Origin: Oculatellaceae cyanobacterium bins.114
GTDB lineage: Bacteria > Cyanobacteriota > Cyanobacteriia > Elainellales > Elainellaceae
Reading direction: 5' to 3'
Assembly: GCA_033764315.1 (NCBI GenBank)
Contig: JANRJA010000222.1
Coordinates: 1 to 64,000 of the forward strand
DNA length: 64,000 nt
The notes under the pieces are model-generated. The model saw only the letters and a list, made by a program, of their open reading frames with translations, was not told the origin of the DNA and ran no database searches. The translations under genes were made by a program, and so were the position numbers. How positions within the stretch are numbered: position 1 is the first letter of the stretch; each line of letters opens with the position of its first letter. Of the stretch, positions 63,987-64,000 are shown piece after piece.

Positions 63987-64000
63987 AACACTATTTGCTT

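Noticed and set aside
1-64000. CRISPR array, tRNA/rRNA genes, transposases, and the many antisense or nested short ORFs in the track
   Set aside because: No regularly spaced repeat-spacer units, cloverleafs or transposase motifs were seen. The recurring GCGATCGC is HIP1. Nested ORFs are shadows of well-supported genes.

Overview
This is a chromosomal window from a cyanobacterium, inferred from abundant HIP1 octamers (GCGATCGC), cyanobacteriochrome (CBCR) GAF domains and a CYP110-type P450. I found no rRNA, tRNA, CRISPR array or transposase. Housekeeping and stress genes (ftsH, GST, EamA, cbiX-like chelatase, dps, bestrophin, leuC, P450, MFS, TetR, dinB) are interleaved with a dense set of signalling genes (about 17-61 kb) and several families of short MITE/REP-like repeats. 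The best candidates for undescribed biology are: (1) a four-gene U32-U32-cmoA-cmoB operon that appears to encode a complete O2-independent, prephenate-dependent tRNA U34 to cmo5U pathway; (2) a LuxR-type regulator facing a perfect palindrome and two paralogous beta-rich proteins of unknown function; (3) a glutaminase homologue whose catalytic Ser is Ala; (4) a class III cyclase plus cNMP-domain MscS pair in which both proteins lack their signature Arg; (5) a translationally coupled four-gene kinase cascade with a green/red-type CBCR GAF, back-to-back with an RcaC-like regulator; (6) PAS-Crp and PAS-kinase paralogues next to a CheB C-terminal remnant. All calls come from reading motifs by eye; no searches were run.
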